The notes: generated by a model not told the origin, from the letters alone. DNA of 64,000 nt from Isurus oxyrinchus (GCA_026770705.1 JANJGN010000006.1:35092001-35156000); one strand, 5' to 3'. Numbered from the stretch's first letter, positions 12,329-25,169 are shown. Numbers and translations are program-made.

Positions 12329-12660
12329 GGGGCTGGATTTTTATCTTGGAGGAAAGAATTGAGTGTCAGGAGGTTTCTGACATTTTTAACCCACCTCCTG
12401 ATCGACAGTGCCCCCTGATGCTATTTAAATGGTGGGGAGGCCAGTGCAGGCTGGAGTTGAGGCTGCTGTCTCCAGCAGCAGGCCTGAGGTGGAGATGAAA
12501 GTGGGCTGATCCTGAGGAGGCCAGATTATAAGGCTCACTTCCATTTGCAAAGACATTGACCCAGTTCTGGAGAGGAGTGTGAGGTCCTAGAGCCCTCACC
12601 CTCTTACCACCATGCCCCACTCACTCTCCCATAGCCCCCTCTTGCCACCAACCCGCTAAC
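12329..12660 (+). mobile_element. MITE left-end fragment truncating the SINE head
   Basis: TIR-like GGGGCTGGATTTTT immediately follows SINE sequence GTGCTCAAGTCCT; right boundary uncertain. Confidence 0.5.
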
Positions 12661-12720
12661 ACATTATCCACTATAAAAATAACTCACAAGTTCTATAATG
12701 ACATTAGGAAGTCTCTGAGA

Positions 12721-12885
12721 AGCTCATAAATCTATCAAAATAAAAAAAGATTGCTTGAATGGCCACTTAATAACCATAATCCTCTTAACAGCTTATAAAT
12801 CTGTTAAAATAAACAAAGATTACTTGGATATCTACTTTAAAAACCATAATCCTCTTAGCAGCTTATAAATCTGTCAAAATAACCA
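12721..12885. repeat. 70-bp tandem repeat, about 2.4 units
   Basis: AGCT(C/T)ATAAATCT(A/G)T(C/T)AAAATAA recurs at 12721, 12791 and 12861; AACCATAATCCTCTTA occurs twice. Confidence 0.8.
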
Positions 12886-13574
12886 GGCTTACATTGCCCT
12901 TGACAGCTGCATCAACAAACCCTGCTAAGCAGAATGCATTAGTGGGTTTGGAAGTCAGCCAAGCATTCATGACAAGATTCCATTGAACTACTGTATAACT
13001 AACTCCTGCTGAGCTGAACCCATTATTGGAATTGGAAGTCAACCAAGTATTCACAATGAGCAACTGTGTTAATAGACCATCCTGAGTTGAATCCATTGAA
13101 GCCAGCTAGTAACTCAACCATCTGTCAAAGCTTTGGAACAGCCAAACGAATAACTGAGCAGAACTTAAATGAAAAAAAATCAAAGCTATGGGCACATTTC
13201 ACACTATCATCTCTGGATTTCACTCTTGTATGATGCAGAATAGCACTTTATCCAGTGGTTAATATACTCTAATACATCTGAAGATTTTTATCTTCTTGCA
13301 ATGATGTTCTCTCCCTTGACAGCTTCCTAGTGTCAGAGGTGACAACCTGGCAACCACACTATTTAATGGTCACTTTCAAAATGAAGCACTATCATCATTC
13401 ACTGTATCAAAAATGTATATAACTCATGATACAGCATTTCATTATGACATGTGAAGTTGGCAACACCTTTTGAGCTTAACAATTGAGCAATAACTGCATG
13501 AGAAAAAGGTGATGATAGATGGGCAAATTAATTCTAATTGCTTATGGCATTGCCATAGAGAATGCGTCAAGGAA

Positions 13575-14690
13575 CTATTGTCCCCCATGTTTCTCTTTAA
13601 TTAAAGAAAGGTGTAATGCCTGGACATGTTCCTTCGGTCCGCAGAGGACAGGTCCCTGCATATGAATGAATGCAGCCTGTAGCAAGCATAAGTGAGTCAC
13701 ATTGAGAGCCCAAACGATTATATTAAATTGGTTATAAATGCAATTCTTAGCACAGTTGGGATTGTTCAGCAAGAGTTGTCCAATAGGGGAATCACATCTA
13801 ATGTTGGACATTATTGGCAGAATCTTTGGGTCAGCGAGCGGGGGTGAGACCGCTCGCCGAGGCGTAAAATGACGTCCCGATGTCTCCGCACGCCATTTAG
13901 ATTTTCCGTTCAAACTGTCAAAGGCCTATTAAGGCCTGTTAAAAACCAATTAAGGCAATCAGCTGAGCTGCCCGTCCAGCCTTAAGGTTGGCGGGCAGGT
14001 GAAGAGTCCATGCGGCTTTTGCATTTTTCATGGAACCTCACCCACGGGCGGGCTGAGGTTTCATGAATGATTTAAAATTTTCAGAAAATTTTTTATTAAA
14101 CTTAATGCACATGTCCCAGCTCATGTGACAGTTTCACATGAGGGGATTGTCATAAAAACTTCCTTGCCACTTTATAGCACTTTTTGGACTTAAAACTAAT
14201 TTCCCTGAGGCACCGCTGTGGGGAGATTTCTGCACTTGTTTGCGTGCATGCACGAAAGAGTGCACTCCCGAATTAGGCAAGCCCCATGCGGCCTGCACAG
14301 GGAGTGCTCAGCGCTTCCGGGTGCGCATCACGCTGGGCGGGCCTTAATTGGCCCTTCCATGTAAAATGACAGCTTGGACCCAATCGGATCCAGGCCCGCT
14401 CCCACACCGCCCGCCTGACAGGCAGAAAATTCCACCCTGTATTCTGAGTTTTGCAAGCATGGGCTGGCTGTTTGCAGTTGGCGCTCTGTCTATTGCGAAC
14501 AGCCGAAGGGATGTGACATTTGATACGATCTGCCAGTCATTGGGACGTACGGCCTATTTAACTAACATTGCATCAGCACTGAAAGTCATATTACTCATAT
14601 GTGTGGTAGAAGAATGTCTTTTTGGCTTAATGGCAGCATTCTGTTAGTGGAAAATACCACTCATATTGCTACTGTATTGTAGCAGTGTGA
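13575..14690 (-). mobile_element. Penelope-like retroelement 3' fragment (GIY-YIG endonuclease region) interrupted by a MITE
   Basis: Minus strand 13575-13814 reads CDSPIGQLLLNNPNCAKNC...FNIIVWALNVTHLCLLQAAFIHMQGPVLCGPKEHVQALHL. Bases 14438-14690 give the upstream NRMLPLSQKDILLP / FQCxC...GRTSQxLADRIK region. Confidence 0.8.
13815..14437 (+). mobile_element. Harbinger-type MITE, three-hairpin family (copy C), nested in the Penelope fragment
   Basis: Termini TGGCAGAATCTTT and AAAATTCCACCC. Penelope sequence resumes on both sides, with 3-bp flanks TAT and TGT. Confidence 0.85.
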
Positions 14691-14691
14691 A

Positions 14692-15365
14692 AAGATCACC
14701 TCTCATTCTTCAAAACTGTCATGAATATAGACATAAGCTGCTCAATTTTTCCTCAAAACAACTCCTTCATCCCAGGGATCAACCTAGTGGACCTTCTCTG
14801 AACCCCCCACAAACAAGTGTACCCCTTCTCAAATAAGGAGATCAAAACAGTAAACATGCTCCAGATATGGTCTTACCAATGCTCTATACAGTTGTAGCAA
14901 GAACCCCCCTATTTTTATGTTCCACCCCCTTTGCTATAAAGGCCAAGTTTCCATTTGCCTTCTGAATTACTTGCTGTGCCTGCATGCTAACATTTTTTGA
15001 TTTGTGCTCAAGGACACCCAGAACACTCCATACTGCAGCATTCCGCAGTTTCTCTCCATTTAAATAATACTCTCCTTTTCTTTTCTTCCCTCAAAAGCAG
15101 ACAACCTCACATCTTCCCACATTATACTCCATCTGCTAATTTAAGCCCATTCAATTAACTCGACTGTCTCCCTTTGGAGACTATGTGGATCTTCCTCACA
15201 AATTGCTTTCCTGCTTATCTTTGCATCGTCAGCAAATTTGGCTCTTATAAATTTGGTCACTTCACCCAAGTTTTCAATATCGATTGGAAACATTTGAGGC
15301 CCCAGCACTGATCCCTGTGGCAGTCTAATGCTTATAGTTTGCCAACCTGAAAATTTACCCTGACT
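14692..15365 (-). mobile_element. CR1-clade LINE RT fragment
   Basis: ORF 15141-15386(-) contains LPQGSVLGPQMF...AKFADDAKI; a downstream LVRPYLE-type motif lies near 14850-14880. Confidence 0.85.
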
Positions 15366-16608
15366 TCCTGGCTGGAATCTTCCCATCGCGGCAATGGCGG
15401 GCGGGAACGGAGAATCTGGCGGCAGGCAAAAAGCCGGAAATCCACCTGTGTAAAACAGCTTGCAGTTCTCCCAATGGTGGGTTTATGGTGGGTTGGCTGT
15501 CCTGCTGACTAGTGGCATGAATGCTATTTGCATTCATTAACATGTCATGAGTGCTCATTAAAACAGCTGCTCACTGGAACCTTGTCACATCTTCCAATCT
15601 TGCACCATGTCCGCAGGAAATTACGTCAGCCTGAAACCCATTTGAAAAGGGGCGGCATGCGTAAGTCAGACCTTAGTTCACTGGTGACTTCGAGCTGAGT
15701 GCAACATACATAGTCTACCTGCCACAGCGCTGTGCCGGTCATGTTGCCATGAATGCTACTCTGCTGGGGCTGTAGGGTTGGTCTGTTCCTGCTCTTTGCC
15801 TACATTGGCCTGAAGAACACCACTGTGCTGTGGCACTCACGCAGGCCTCCACTTTCAGAAACACTTCAACCTTTGTGAGGCGAGGGTGGGGTCGACGAAC
15901 ACGAACACGGGGAGGGAAGGCCACGGGAATGGCATCAGGGGGAAAGGTGAACACGAGAGCGGCCTTTCTGGATCACATCTTAATCTCTTGTTGCTGCCGG
16001 AGTGAACAGGTGTCTGCTTAGAAAGGAAGGAAGGAGACCTCCTTGCGATGAAAGCCACCGAAAGCCAATGGCTTCATTAGCACTGTTAAAAGGCTACTCA
16101 GAACACAGTAGCTTCAAAACACAATCGCTGCATCTCAAGAGTAACACATAGGAGTGTAGAATTTGGGAATGCAGGCAATAGTGAGGGAGGCACAGCTGTA
16201 TCATATATGACATTCCATCAATGAAGGCTTGTCACATGTTTAGCAGATGTGATGCTCCTAATGGGACAAAGAGCACACAAAGGACATTAATCATGAGCCA
16301 CTGGTTGGTCACTAATATGCCACATCAGAGGTTGGAGCACAGATTTAGGTTGGGTCACTCATCTCACTGAAACTTTAGCATCCCACACAGGGCTCAAGAC
16401 GTTACATATCTGCGATGCCATCTTGGTCACCTCGATGTGTGTGTTAGTGTCTCAGGAACAAGGCAGCATCAGCCACCATGTAAGGATGACAGGAAAATCC
16501 ATGGACCCTTACAGTTTCCAAAGGTGTCATCCTCTGAGCTTTGCTTTCTTGCCCCTTGAATCATTAATGTCTTCAATTTTTCCTTTCAGAGAGAAGGCAA
16601 AAGCAGAT

Positions 16609-17769
16609 ATGGATCCAGGTCTTGATGCTGCCTTTGTCAGGGTCCTAATACAACGGAGGAGGCAAAGGAGTGAGAGGCGACTCTGCACGCAGCTCCAGCA
16701 GGAGGGACATGGTCAAGTGGAGCCATAGCATGAACAGGAGGGTCAGGAGGAGAGACCCAGACAATAGGGATGATTCGCCAGATGTAGGGTTTATCGTCCA
16801 AGGGTCTCCTATTTACAAATGAATGAGAGGCAATGCCATGCACATCTGCACTTGGTACATCACATATGCCACATCCTTCATGAAGACCTGACACCACATG
16901 GAGTTGGAGGGTGACCGTCGCACTCAATTTCTTAGCCTCTGGTTCTTTCCAAGGATCAACAGGGGACGTGTGCAGCATCTCTCAGTCCGCAACACATCGA
17001 TGCATAAAGGAGGTCACAGATGCCCTTTACAGGAAGGCCCATCTTTATGTCAGGTTTGGTCTGGATGAAGATAGCCAGGCTGTGAGATTCACCAGCTTCG
17101 CCACCATCTCAGGCTTCCTAAGAGAACAGGATGCAATAGACTGCACCCGTGTGGCTGTATGGGCTCCATAGCAGCAGCCCCTAATGTTTATAAACAGCAA
17201 TGTACAACTGGTGTTCGATCACCGGAAGCACATATGGCACGTTTGTGCACAGTACCCTGGAGGTTGCCATATCTCCTACATCCTGAGTCACTCCCAGGTG
17301 CCTGAGATTTTCAAGGGGCCATTACGTCTGCAGGGATGGCTGCTTGAGGATAAGTGGTACCCACTGAAGTGTTGGCTGATGACACCGGTGCATTGCCCTC
17401 AGAATCGTTCCAAGGAGAGGTACAACGCTGCTCACAGCTCCGCACACTCCCTTATACAACAGACCATAGGCCTTCTGAAGATGCATTTCAGATGCTTGAA
17501 CCACTCAGGTGGCTCACTGCAATACACTCCTGACAGGGTTTCCTGCATCATCACAGTGTGTTGCACCCTTCACAATCTGGCTATGCAAAGAGGTGAACCC
17601 CAGCCAGAGGATGAACTGGAGGAGGATGAGAGCTCATTGGAGGATGAAGATCAGGAAGTCCAGGAACCTCAGGAGGTGCTGAGGGTCATGCAATCACACC
17701 ATGGAGGAAGGAAGACGTGGAAGACATGCCCATGATATGTTAATCGCTGACAGGTTCCAGGAAGAATAA
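16609..17769 (+). pseudogene. Harbinger (HARBI1-like) DDE transposase, with frameshifts and stops
   Basis: VALNFLASGSFQ...ISQSATHRCIKEVTDAL, AIDCT, YPGGCH, GWLLEDKWYP...WLMTP, YNAAH...IQQTIGLLKMHFRCL, CCTLHNL and an acidic tail. Confidence 0.9.
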
Positions 17770-18216
17770 AGACAAATGAGGGAATATGGCCACATCTCTC
17801 CCAGCCCTCAATGCCAACTTCTTTCCACTCAGGGGATGTCCACCCACTTACAGCGAGAACAAGTCTCACATTCACACTTGTGCCTTCTGACCTCATGAAT
17901 CGCCAGGACAAGATCTTTGCTTTGGTCTGTGGGGCCTGTGAGTGAGCTCATTCTGGGAACTGAGTCCACTTAGGAACAAAAGTGATGCGAGAGAAGACTT
18001 GAAACCTTTGCTGCCATCTAATGATGCAAACACTGCTGTGACTGAGATGCGGACAGGCCTAGGGATCTCCTCCTCCCGTGAATGTCGTTTCTTCTGCCAC
18101 CACTGAGGAATACAAATGCCACAGATTATCAATGCTGATGAGCTGCCCTCACTCAATGTGGTCCTTTGAGGAAGAAGGGTTAGAAATGCTTACATCATAC
18201 ACTTCCAAAAGTGACA

Positions 18217-19683
18217 TCAATTTCTCTTAATTTTCCTAACTCTAGCGCTATGCCTGGGTACAGTCCCGACATCCGCAGCAGAGGTGGAGGCAGCCTGCTG
18301 ACTGCTATGTTCTGATGTCTCTGATGACCTTGGCGGACATCCTCTGGTGGCCCCAGGCCTGGAGGGGTCTGGCCAGATAAGGGTCACCTGCTCAGGGGCA
18401 GGAGCTCCTTCGGTGGTCTGAGAAGCTGGAGTAGATGAGGTCACAGGCAGAGGGGGCTGTGAGCAGCTGCACACCCTTGGAGTGTCCTGAGAGGAGACCC
18501 CTGACGTGTCCAACTGATGCTTATCCTCCCTGTGGGTGCCCGAGGGCCCCGCCCTGAATCCTGCAGGAGATGGTGCACCTGGAGGGAGGTCAAGGTGCCT
18601 CAGCCTCATGTTGCCTACACCCTGATGATGCCCACCAGGGTGTGTGACCACGGAGTGCAGACCGACTGCAAATCCAGTGAGACCTGCTGGACCAAGGTCT
18701 CCATGGTGGTCGCTAGCCTTCCCATGGTGGCCTCAATGCACTCACATGTCAGAGCCATGACATCAGACAGAACACACGAACATAAGAACATATGCATTAG
18801 GAGTAGGAGCAGGCCACTTGGGTCCTCGAGCTTGCTCTGCCATTTATTAAGATCATGACTGATCTGAATGTAACCTCAACCCCACATTCCTGCCTAACCT
18901 GATAACCTTTCACCCCCTTGATGATGAAGAATTTATCTGGCTTAAAAATATTCAAAGACTCTGCTTCCACTGTCTTTTGGGGAAGAGAGTTCAAAAGACA
19001 AAGAACACGGACGGACTCCTCCATCATTCACCCCAGTCTGCTGAGTGACTGCTGAATCTCTGCCTGATATTATGCCGCTTGTTGTTGCATCTCCAGCATT
19101 GGGTTGGCAGCCACTTCCAGAGGCTTATCATCTGACTCAGACCAAGCAGGTGGCTGGTCTCCAGCAGCCCTCTGAGTGCCAGGGACCTGGGATGTTCCTG
19201 CCTCTGACTGCTGCAGGGACATGTCAGTGAGGTATTCCCCAGAAAGTGAGCCCGAGCCTAATCTACATCTGTGCCCCATGGACGTGTGTGTCTCTGAGCT
19301 GATGGAGGGTGTGTGTGAGGGCTGTGACGGTTCTTCTGGAGCTCCCTCTTTGGATGAAGTCGGGGGGCTCCCACTGTTGCTGGACTGGCTTGGGGCCCTC
19401 GATCTGCTGGTGCCTAGAAAATAGAAAATAGTTTCAGTTAATGAGCATGAGCTAGATAAGAGCGCATGTGACTCACTGTGAATGTCAGGATTTGATGAGG
19501 TGATGGAGCTCTGATCCATACTGGGCTGGTGGGAGAGGCCAATCTGCCCTTCCCCACAGGAGTGACACCTGTCCTCCCTGGCCAGCTCGGCTGCAGCCTC
19601 CTCAACCTCAGTGAGGGCGATAGTGTCAGCCGTCCCTTCCTCAGTCTACAATCTCTCGCGCCTGTTGTGCGCCAGCTTGGCCT
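18217..19683 (-). pseudogene. Harbinger Myb/SANT-partner gene, exons 2-3 remnant
   Basis: Acceptor ...TTCAAACAG|GCCAAGCTGGCGCACAACAGGCGCGAG (AKLAHNRRER), an S/P-rich exon 3, and C-terminal RHSARVRKIKRN as in the H3 and H5 copies. Confidence 0.75.
18778..19000 (-). mobile_element. CR1 3'-end insertion inside the H1 Myb-partner exon 3
   Basis: GAACATAAGAACATA tail and NSLPQKTVEAESLNIFK peptide. Flanked by repeated AGAACAC; removing the insert restores MEESVRVLSDVMA. Confidence 0.85.
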
Positions 19684-19819
19684 GTTTGAATAAGAAAGAA
19701 AGGCTTGTGAGGAGAAGGGATGGGGCAGAGGTTGGGTGAGATACATGTTCTCTGTGTGTGGTAAGCCCCCCCAAGACTTTCTCCCCAACAAGCCATCTTG
19801 TTGCCCACTCACTTAACAT

Positions 19820-20700
19820 GTTAACCTGTTACGTTCAATAGCTGGAAGAACTATCATCTTCAGTAGTTTCAGTCCCACTGCTGACTATGGTCTCAGACAT
19901 GGCCACACCAATTATCCCCAGCATTGTCTCTTCCAACTGGGTCAGGACATGTAGCCGTTTCCTGTATCCCACCGGTTAGGTGTTGCTGCTACCTATTATG
20001 GGTCACCTTGTCCTGGAAAGGAGAGGGAAGTGTGACAGTGAGTGTGATGCAATGTATTTGGGTGATGTGCTTGCCCCAGGTGAATAGCTGGCAGTGTGTT
20101 CAAGATGTGAAATGTGAGCGTGGGGCTTGCAGCAGTATTATGTATGTTAGTGTGAGATGAGTCTATGGATGTGAGGTATGGGTCGTGGTTGATGGAGAAG
20201 ATTGGTATCCCAGTGAGGGTGTTGGGATGAATGGAGTAGTGTGCGAGACAAGTGGTGCAGTTCATTGGATATGACATGCACAAATGCCTTCACTAATCTT
20301 AACCATTCGTGTGAGCACCTCCAGCTCTTGCTGCAGCCAGAATGTAACTCACCTTTAAGAGGTACAGTCTGGATTGAAGGAGTGTACAGTTGGCTGTGTT
20401 TACCTTCAGGTGGGCACATAAACTTGATCACAATATCAACAGCGTTTAGGTAAAAACCTCGAGCTTTAATGCAGCCATGAAATTGAGCAATACAATAAGC
20501 AATATGTTATTTCAATCATGCAGGCTAGTTTTAGGTGGCACTAGTCTTGCATGAATTTGGGTCCCATGATGATGGGTGCAGCCACTCAACAGCAAATTCA
20601 GTACAGGGCTGCACACCACTATCATTTACATCACTTTGAATGGGCATAGTTTAATCAAGCATCATGATCCCTGCATGCTTTTTGGTGGCAATTGAATCTT
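19820..20700 (-). mobile_element. Older Harbinger remnant with a second Myb-partner exon-2-like segment
   Basis: Minus strand TTCCCTCTCCTTTCCAG|GACAAGGTGACCCATAATAGG...ACCGGTGGA (DKVTHNR...TGG) near 19960-20030, followed by a CA-rich intron like the other copies. Confidence 0.45.
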
Positions 20701-23392
20701 TATACTTGGGATATGATTAGCCCTGGTTTCCTCTTTGACATGCTGTAATATACCTTTAATATATATCATTGAGCAAATGCATCGAAGGCTTCAGGTCATG
20801 TTTGGCTGTATAGCACTGCCATTTTTTTTGGAGGAAACCTGTTGGAAACAAGACCTGACCCAGACGCCATCCACAAAATTGCCAGTACAGTACACTGACA
20901 GAAACTCACCAAAAATGGAAAGTAAATTCAGGGCTGTTATTCTTGGCATACGTAATGATCTGAACGAAGAAAGAAAATGCCAGCCCAAAACAGCTGCAAG
21001 AAACTTCCTGAGCAATTTTATTTTGTGGCAGTCCCTGGTATATAATTTTGAAAAAGAGAAGTATTTGATTGGTTGGATTTGGGTTGATTGCCAGTCTGTT
21101 GCAGATAGTTTTTATAATTGTCTGCTTTTGCTATCTGTCTATATTGGAGTTGATGTGCAGGGGTAACAAGAGATAACTGGTTATTAGAATCAGGTAAGCA
21201 CAACAATTTAAGTTTCCGCATACTGTGGATGTGTAGTAGATAATAGGCTTATAGTTATATAGATACAACATGTGCTTCCTTCACAGGGTCATGGTTTATA
21301 TATCGATGCTGTTACTTTACCAACTAAGGCTCTATATGCCAGTGAAACATTCAAATGTGCCAGAATGTGGAAGATTTGAATTCCAAACCCCCTGTTTAGT
21401 TTAAATTTCTTTCCTTTGAAAGATTACCTGCATCTCTAGGCAAAAGGAGCAAATAAGAACTGTAGCATTTGCAAAACTTTGAAGATTTTAAAATGTATTC
21501 AAATCGAAATCATTTTGAAACTTGTACTTGCTTTTCGTTCACTTGCTAAAATCATTTTTGTCAGAGGAGGGCAGCAAAGTCTGAAAATGTCAACCAGCCT
21601 CTACGTGCTGTTGCCTATTTGCTTTAGTATGATTGCAGCAACACAGTGACATCATCAGATCCACTCATTAATAAGTCAAAAAATAAGTTTAGACTAAAGC
21701 ACATTACAAGTGCTCAGTGTATTTAGAATGCACAAGGAACTGTGTCAGCAGTTTGCAAAGCTCTGTTAGGCGTACTTGTTAAGTAATACAGGGGCTGGCT
21801 CTGCACCACCAAATGACAGGATCACAAGTGAATGCAGCCTAGCAGGAGCAGCTTTGTCCATGCGTGGACAGTTCTGTTAAGCAAAGCTACAAGTTATCTG
21901 CATTTTCCATATATTTAAACAGTGCAGAGTGTCTGAACTATTCATGACGTTCATAATGCTATTGGATATTCAATTTGTATTTTTAATCAACTCTACTGCT
22001 TATCAATAAAATAAAATCTTTTATGTCACCATTTCCTTCCATCGCTTTTCAAGTTGCCTTAAAAAGCCATTGTTTAAAATTGGAATGTGCGAAAGACCAT
22101 GATGTTTCTGTGCATCTGCTCCTTTTAAAATACTTTATTGATTCAGGTTCTTGACAGATATCAGAAATATTTTATAAGCACAGGGCATGCCAATCATTTC
22201 TGTTAGTCGCCAAGTGTTGCAGACATCAAACATAATGTGCGTTTCTTTCTGCATGGCTGTTCCATAAATTAAAATATTCCAAAAGAGCTAGATGACTACT
22301 TTTGCTTGAAATAAGATGAGAGGAAATCTTCCCAATATGTTCGCTGCATTGATAATATAGAGTGACGGGGAGACCGCTCTACTTCTGGTTTGTTCAGCCA
22401 CTGTCTCAGAGAAGTAGCACCTGTAAGTTGAGGCAACTTACTGGGAACCAGAGGAAGGTCAGATGTGATTCAAGGTTTGTTATCAAAACTAGAAGTTAAG
22501 TTTTAAAATGTATATTTGAAGTTATTCACCTATATGACAAAAGTCACTGCATTTCAAGAGGTAATTTTTTGTGCAGTTCGAGACAATAAAGCCTGAGAAG
22601 TATTATAGAAGTACTGGCGTTATAATTGAAGTATTCACTAATTTATATTTCTGGGGTTCTTTTAATACTCAAGAGCTAAGAAATATTAATGCTGAAAATA
22701 AAACCCTTCTGTTTTTTTAAAAGAGACTTTGTTGGCAGTTGTTGCTATTTAATGCTTTATTCCTCTTTTCTTGTTCTGGTTTACAAGGTTCAAACTTTAT
22801 GTTGACTTACATAAAAATATTTTTCAAAAGCGATTCCTTTCCATGTTAATACCCACTGTGAGTATCAAACACTTCTAACTCAGTCATAACACAGAAGGAT
22901 GCAAAATGAAATATACCCTGTGATGTTTCTTACCCAAATGCAAATAACTTCCCATTATATCCTTTAATATTTCTATTTCCCACAACAGTCTCCTTTAAAA
23001 AGCATTTTGAGTGACCCTACTTTGTTTTAGTTGTGTGCAATGTTGTGCTATGCCCCGAATTCACTGAGAAAGAGGGTTGAGGTAGCCCGGTTTCAGTGTA
23101 AAGGGACTTGTACAGTTACTGGGGAGAGAAAACTTTCATCATGCCTGTCTGGCTTGGATCACCAGAGTCAGCGATTTATTTTCTCTCCTGCTCTCCTCTT
23201 GTGTTCAACTTGCCATATGGCTGAGAATGTGGGCAATCAACCTCTTCTTGTGTAGCTGTGTAACTAATTCCTGTGAAATCCTCTTGCATGCCTAAAGGTG
23301 ACTGGCCATCGCAATTTCATCCTTTCCTGTGGTAAATTAGCTTTCTTTCAATATATTATCCAGGCAGCACGCTTCAAATTTGGGAATTCAAT

Positions 23393-23546
23393 GGCCCTGG
23401 CTTTTACCAAACCCACCAGACAGGCAGGAATGGGGCAGGTTTGCATCTGAAGTTTATGGAACATATAATAGGGTGAGGTATAAAGCTGGCGTTCTCACCC
23501 AATCCTATGCCAATCTTCTTGAGCAGATCAGGTTAAAATCCAGACC
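23393..23546. mobile_element. Short (~150 bp) Harbinger-type MITE
   Basis: Imperfect TIRs GGCCCTGGCTTTTACC and GGTTAAAATCCAGACC; flanks AAT and AGT. Confidence 0.5.
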
Positions 23547-23829
23547 AGTGTGTGCGGAATTATGGTTGTGAATCAATTTGAGACCCTTCTGTGGTACTGT
23601 ACTGTCCCAGCTGAAATTAATTAAAAGTATATATCTTACTAAACCTTTTTGAATATTAAGAGGCATGGTGACTTCGACCCTTTTCTTTTATGTCTGGAAC
23701 GCAGATTTGAATGAAAGCCATGAGGAGTAGCCATTTCTTTTCTCTGTTGCCTGGCTGGGTTCTGCATGAATTATATCTGGGCAGTCTCAGGTCCGACTTC
23801 CTACAGCTTAATCAATTCACAAAGGTGAA

Positions 23830-24440
23830 TCATGTGAGAAATTATGTTAACACTGGTGTAAAATTTGATACAAGCATCGTTCTGCCAGTAGGATGAATGC
23901 AAAATGATGAAGCATACTAAAGGAATATCTTACAGCACATCTAACATGTGACTGAGACTGCATTTTGATAATTATGGGAAATGGCCTGTTTATCATTTCC
24001 ATTAATGATCCAGCAGAAACTATCCTCATCTTTTTAGAGGGCACAAAATGTGGGCAGGAATTAATATGACTGAAGAGTTCGATGCAAGTTTGGCACAGAC
24101 ACCTACAGGACTGGCCATTCATGTTGTCATTGTTCATGCTTGGGGAACTTCTGCAGCTGTGCCACCTCTGACCTTCCTCTGGGCATGTTAGATGCTTCGA
24201 GCGTGGTGTAGATTGTCCTCGAAGCATACTGAAGTAAGTTTCAGTGCTTGTGTCCATGAGGGCCAGTCTGATGCAGTACTTTCCCAAGAGAGGTGGTCTG
24301 CAATGCAGAAGTTTCTAGGGTCATTCTTAGGTCGTCATTGTATAGTTTGTACTGTTTGACTTCATGTAGCTTGCCCTGAGGCCTGCCCATAGAAGATCTG
24401 CTTGGGGATTCCGTAGTCATCCATGTTGTACATGGAGAAG
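23830..24440 (-). mobile_element. RTE-clade LINE 3' fragment
   Basis: Minus-strand GRPQGK...YNDDLRMTL and C-terminal CRCLCQTCIELFSH resemble the RTE ORF end. Confidence 0.55.
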
Positions 24441-24639
24441 TACAGTGTAATGTACATGTAATTAAAAACATCAGTCATCTTCATGATGTGAGGATTTCTG
24501 CAAATGGAAACAGATCAGTGAAGAGACCTGGGAGTAATAGTCAATCGCTTCTTAAAGGTGCATAAGCTATAAAATGGAAAGCAAATGATGCTTTCGGTTG
24601 TATACCCAGGGCTACTGATTACAAGTCAAGGAGCACAGT

Positions 24640-24745
24640 GATAAAAAAGTTCTGTCGAAGGGTCATGAGGACTCGAAACGTCAACTCTTTTCTTCTCTGC
24701 CGATGCTGCCAGACCTGCTGAGTTTTTCCAGGTAATTCTGTTTTT
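24640..24745 (+). mobile_element. Young 106-bp hammerhead-motif retro-insertion with TSD
   Basis: Direct repeat GTCAAGGAGCACAGT at 24625-24639 and 24746-24760. Near-identical to 50407-50505. Confidence 0.9.
24648..24686 (+). ncRNA. Minimal type I hammerhead-like motif with variant core CUGUCGA
   Basis: AGTT-CTGTCGA-A-GGGTC-ATGAG-GACTC-GAAA-CG-TC-AACT: stem I AGTT/AACT, stem II GGGTC/GACTC, palindromic ACGT in place of stem III. Confidence 0.65.
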
Positions 24746-25169
24746 GTCAAGGAGCACAGTACTGTGTTATATAAGCCTGTTCTGCAACTGCACCTGGTGT
24801 ATTGTGTCCAGTTTCAGTCCCTAGTTTAAAAGATGTCAAGACTTTACAGCAAATATAGAGAAGAGTAACTGGGATGATAGCTTCACTATGAGGAGAGGCT
24901 TCCGAACTCACTGAGGAGAAATGCAGGTTTAGAGGGATGTAATTGAAGTTGATAAATGATTATGAGGCTGTACAGATTCAGTTAGATGAGTTATTTGAAA
25001 TGGATTGGTCTGGTAGAGTAAGCCTATAAAATCTGCAATTTAGTTTAGATATCAGGAAGTATTCATTTTCTTATACAATCAGCATCTTTTGGAACTAAAT
25101 AATGATTTATTTGGCTGTCTTTTAAAAGGGATCTTGGTAGGTTCCTATAGAGAAGTGAGTTGTTTTAGG

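Larger units (their letters stand above)
15370..19800 (+). mobile_element. PIF/Harbinger DNA transposon H1 (decayed; right end not resolved)
   Basis: TIR-like GGCTGGAATCTTCC at 15370. Contains a + strand transposase and a convergent - strand Myb-partner gene. Confidence 0.8.
24510..25150 (+). mobile_element. Decayed CR1 fragment hosting the 24640 insertion
   Basis: AGAGACCTGGGAGTAATAGT, GTATTGTGTCCAGTTT and CTATGAGGAGAGGCT are CR1 ORF2 C-terminal hallmarks. Confidence 0.6.

Noticed and set aside
12721-12885. CRISPR-like array
   Set aside because: Whole units are duplicated with no unique spacers, there are no cas genes, and the context is eukaryotic.
16609-17769. Host HARBI1 gene
   Set aside because: It has stops and frameshifts, lies in an element with a TIR and partner gene, and has several paralogous decayed copies in the window.
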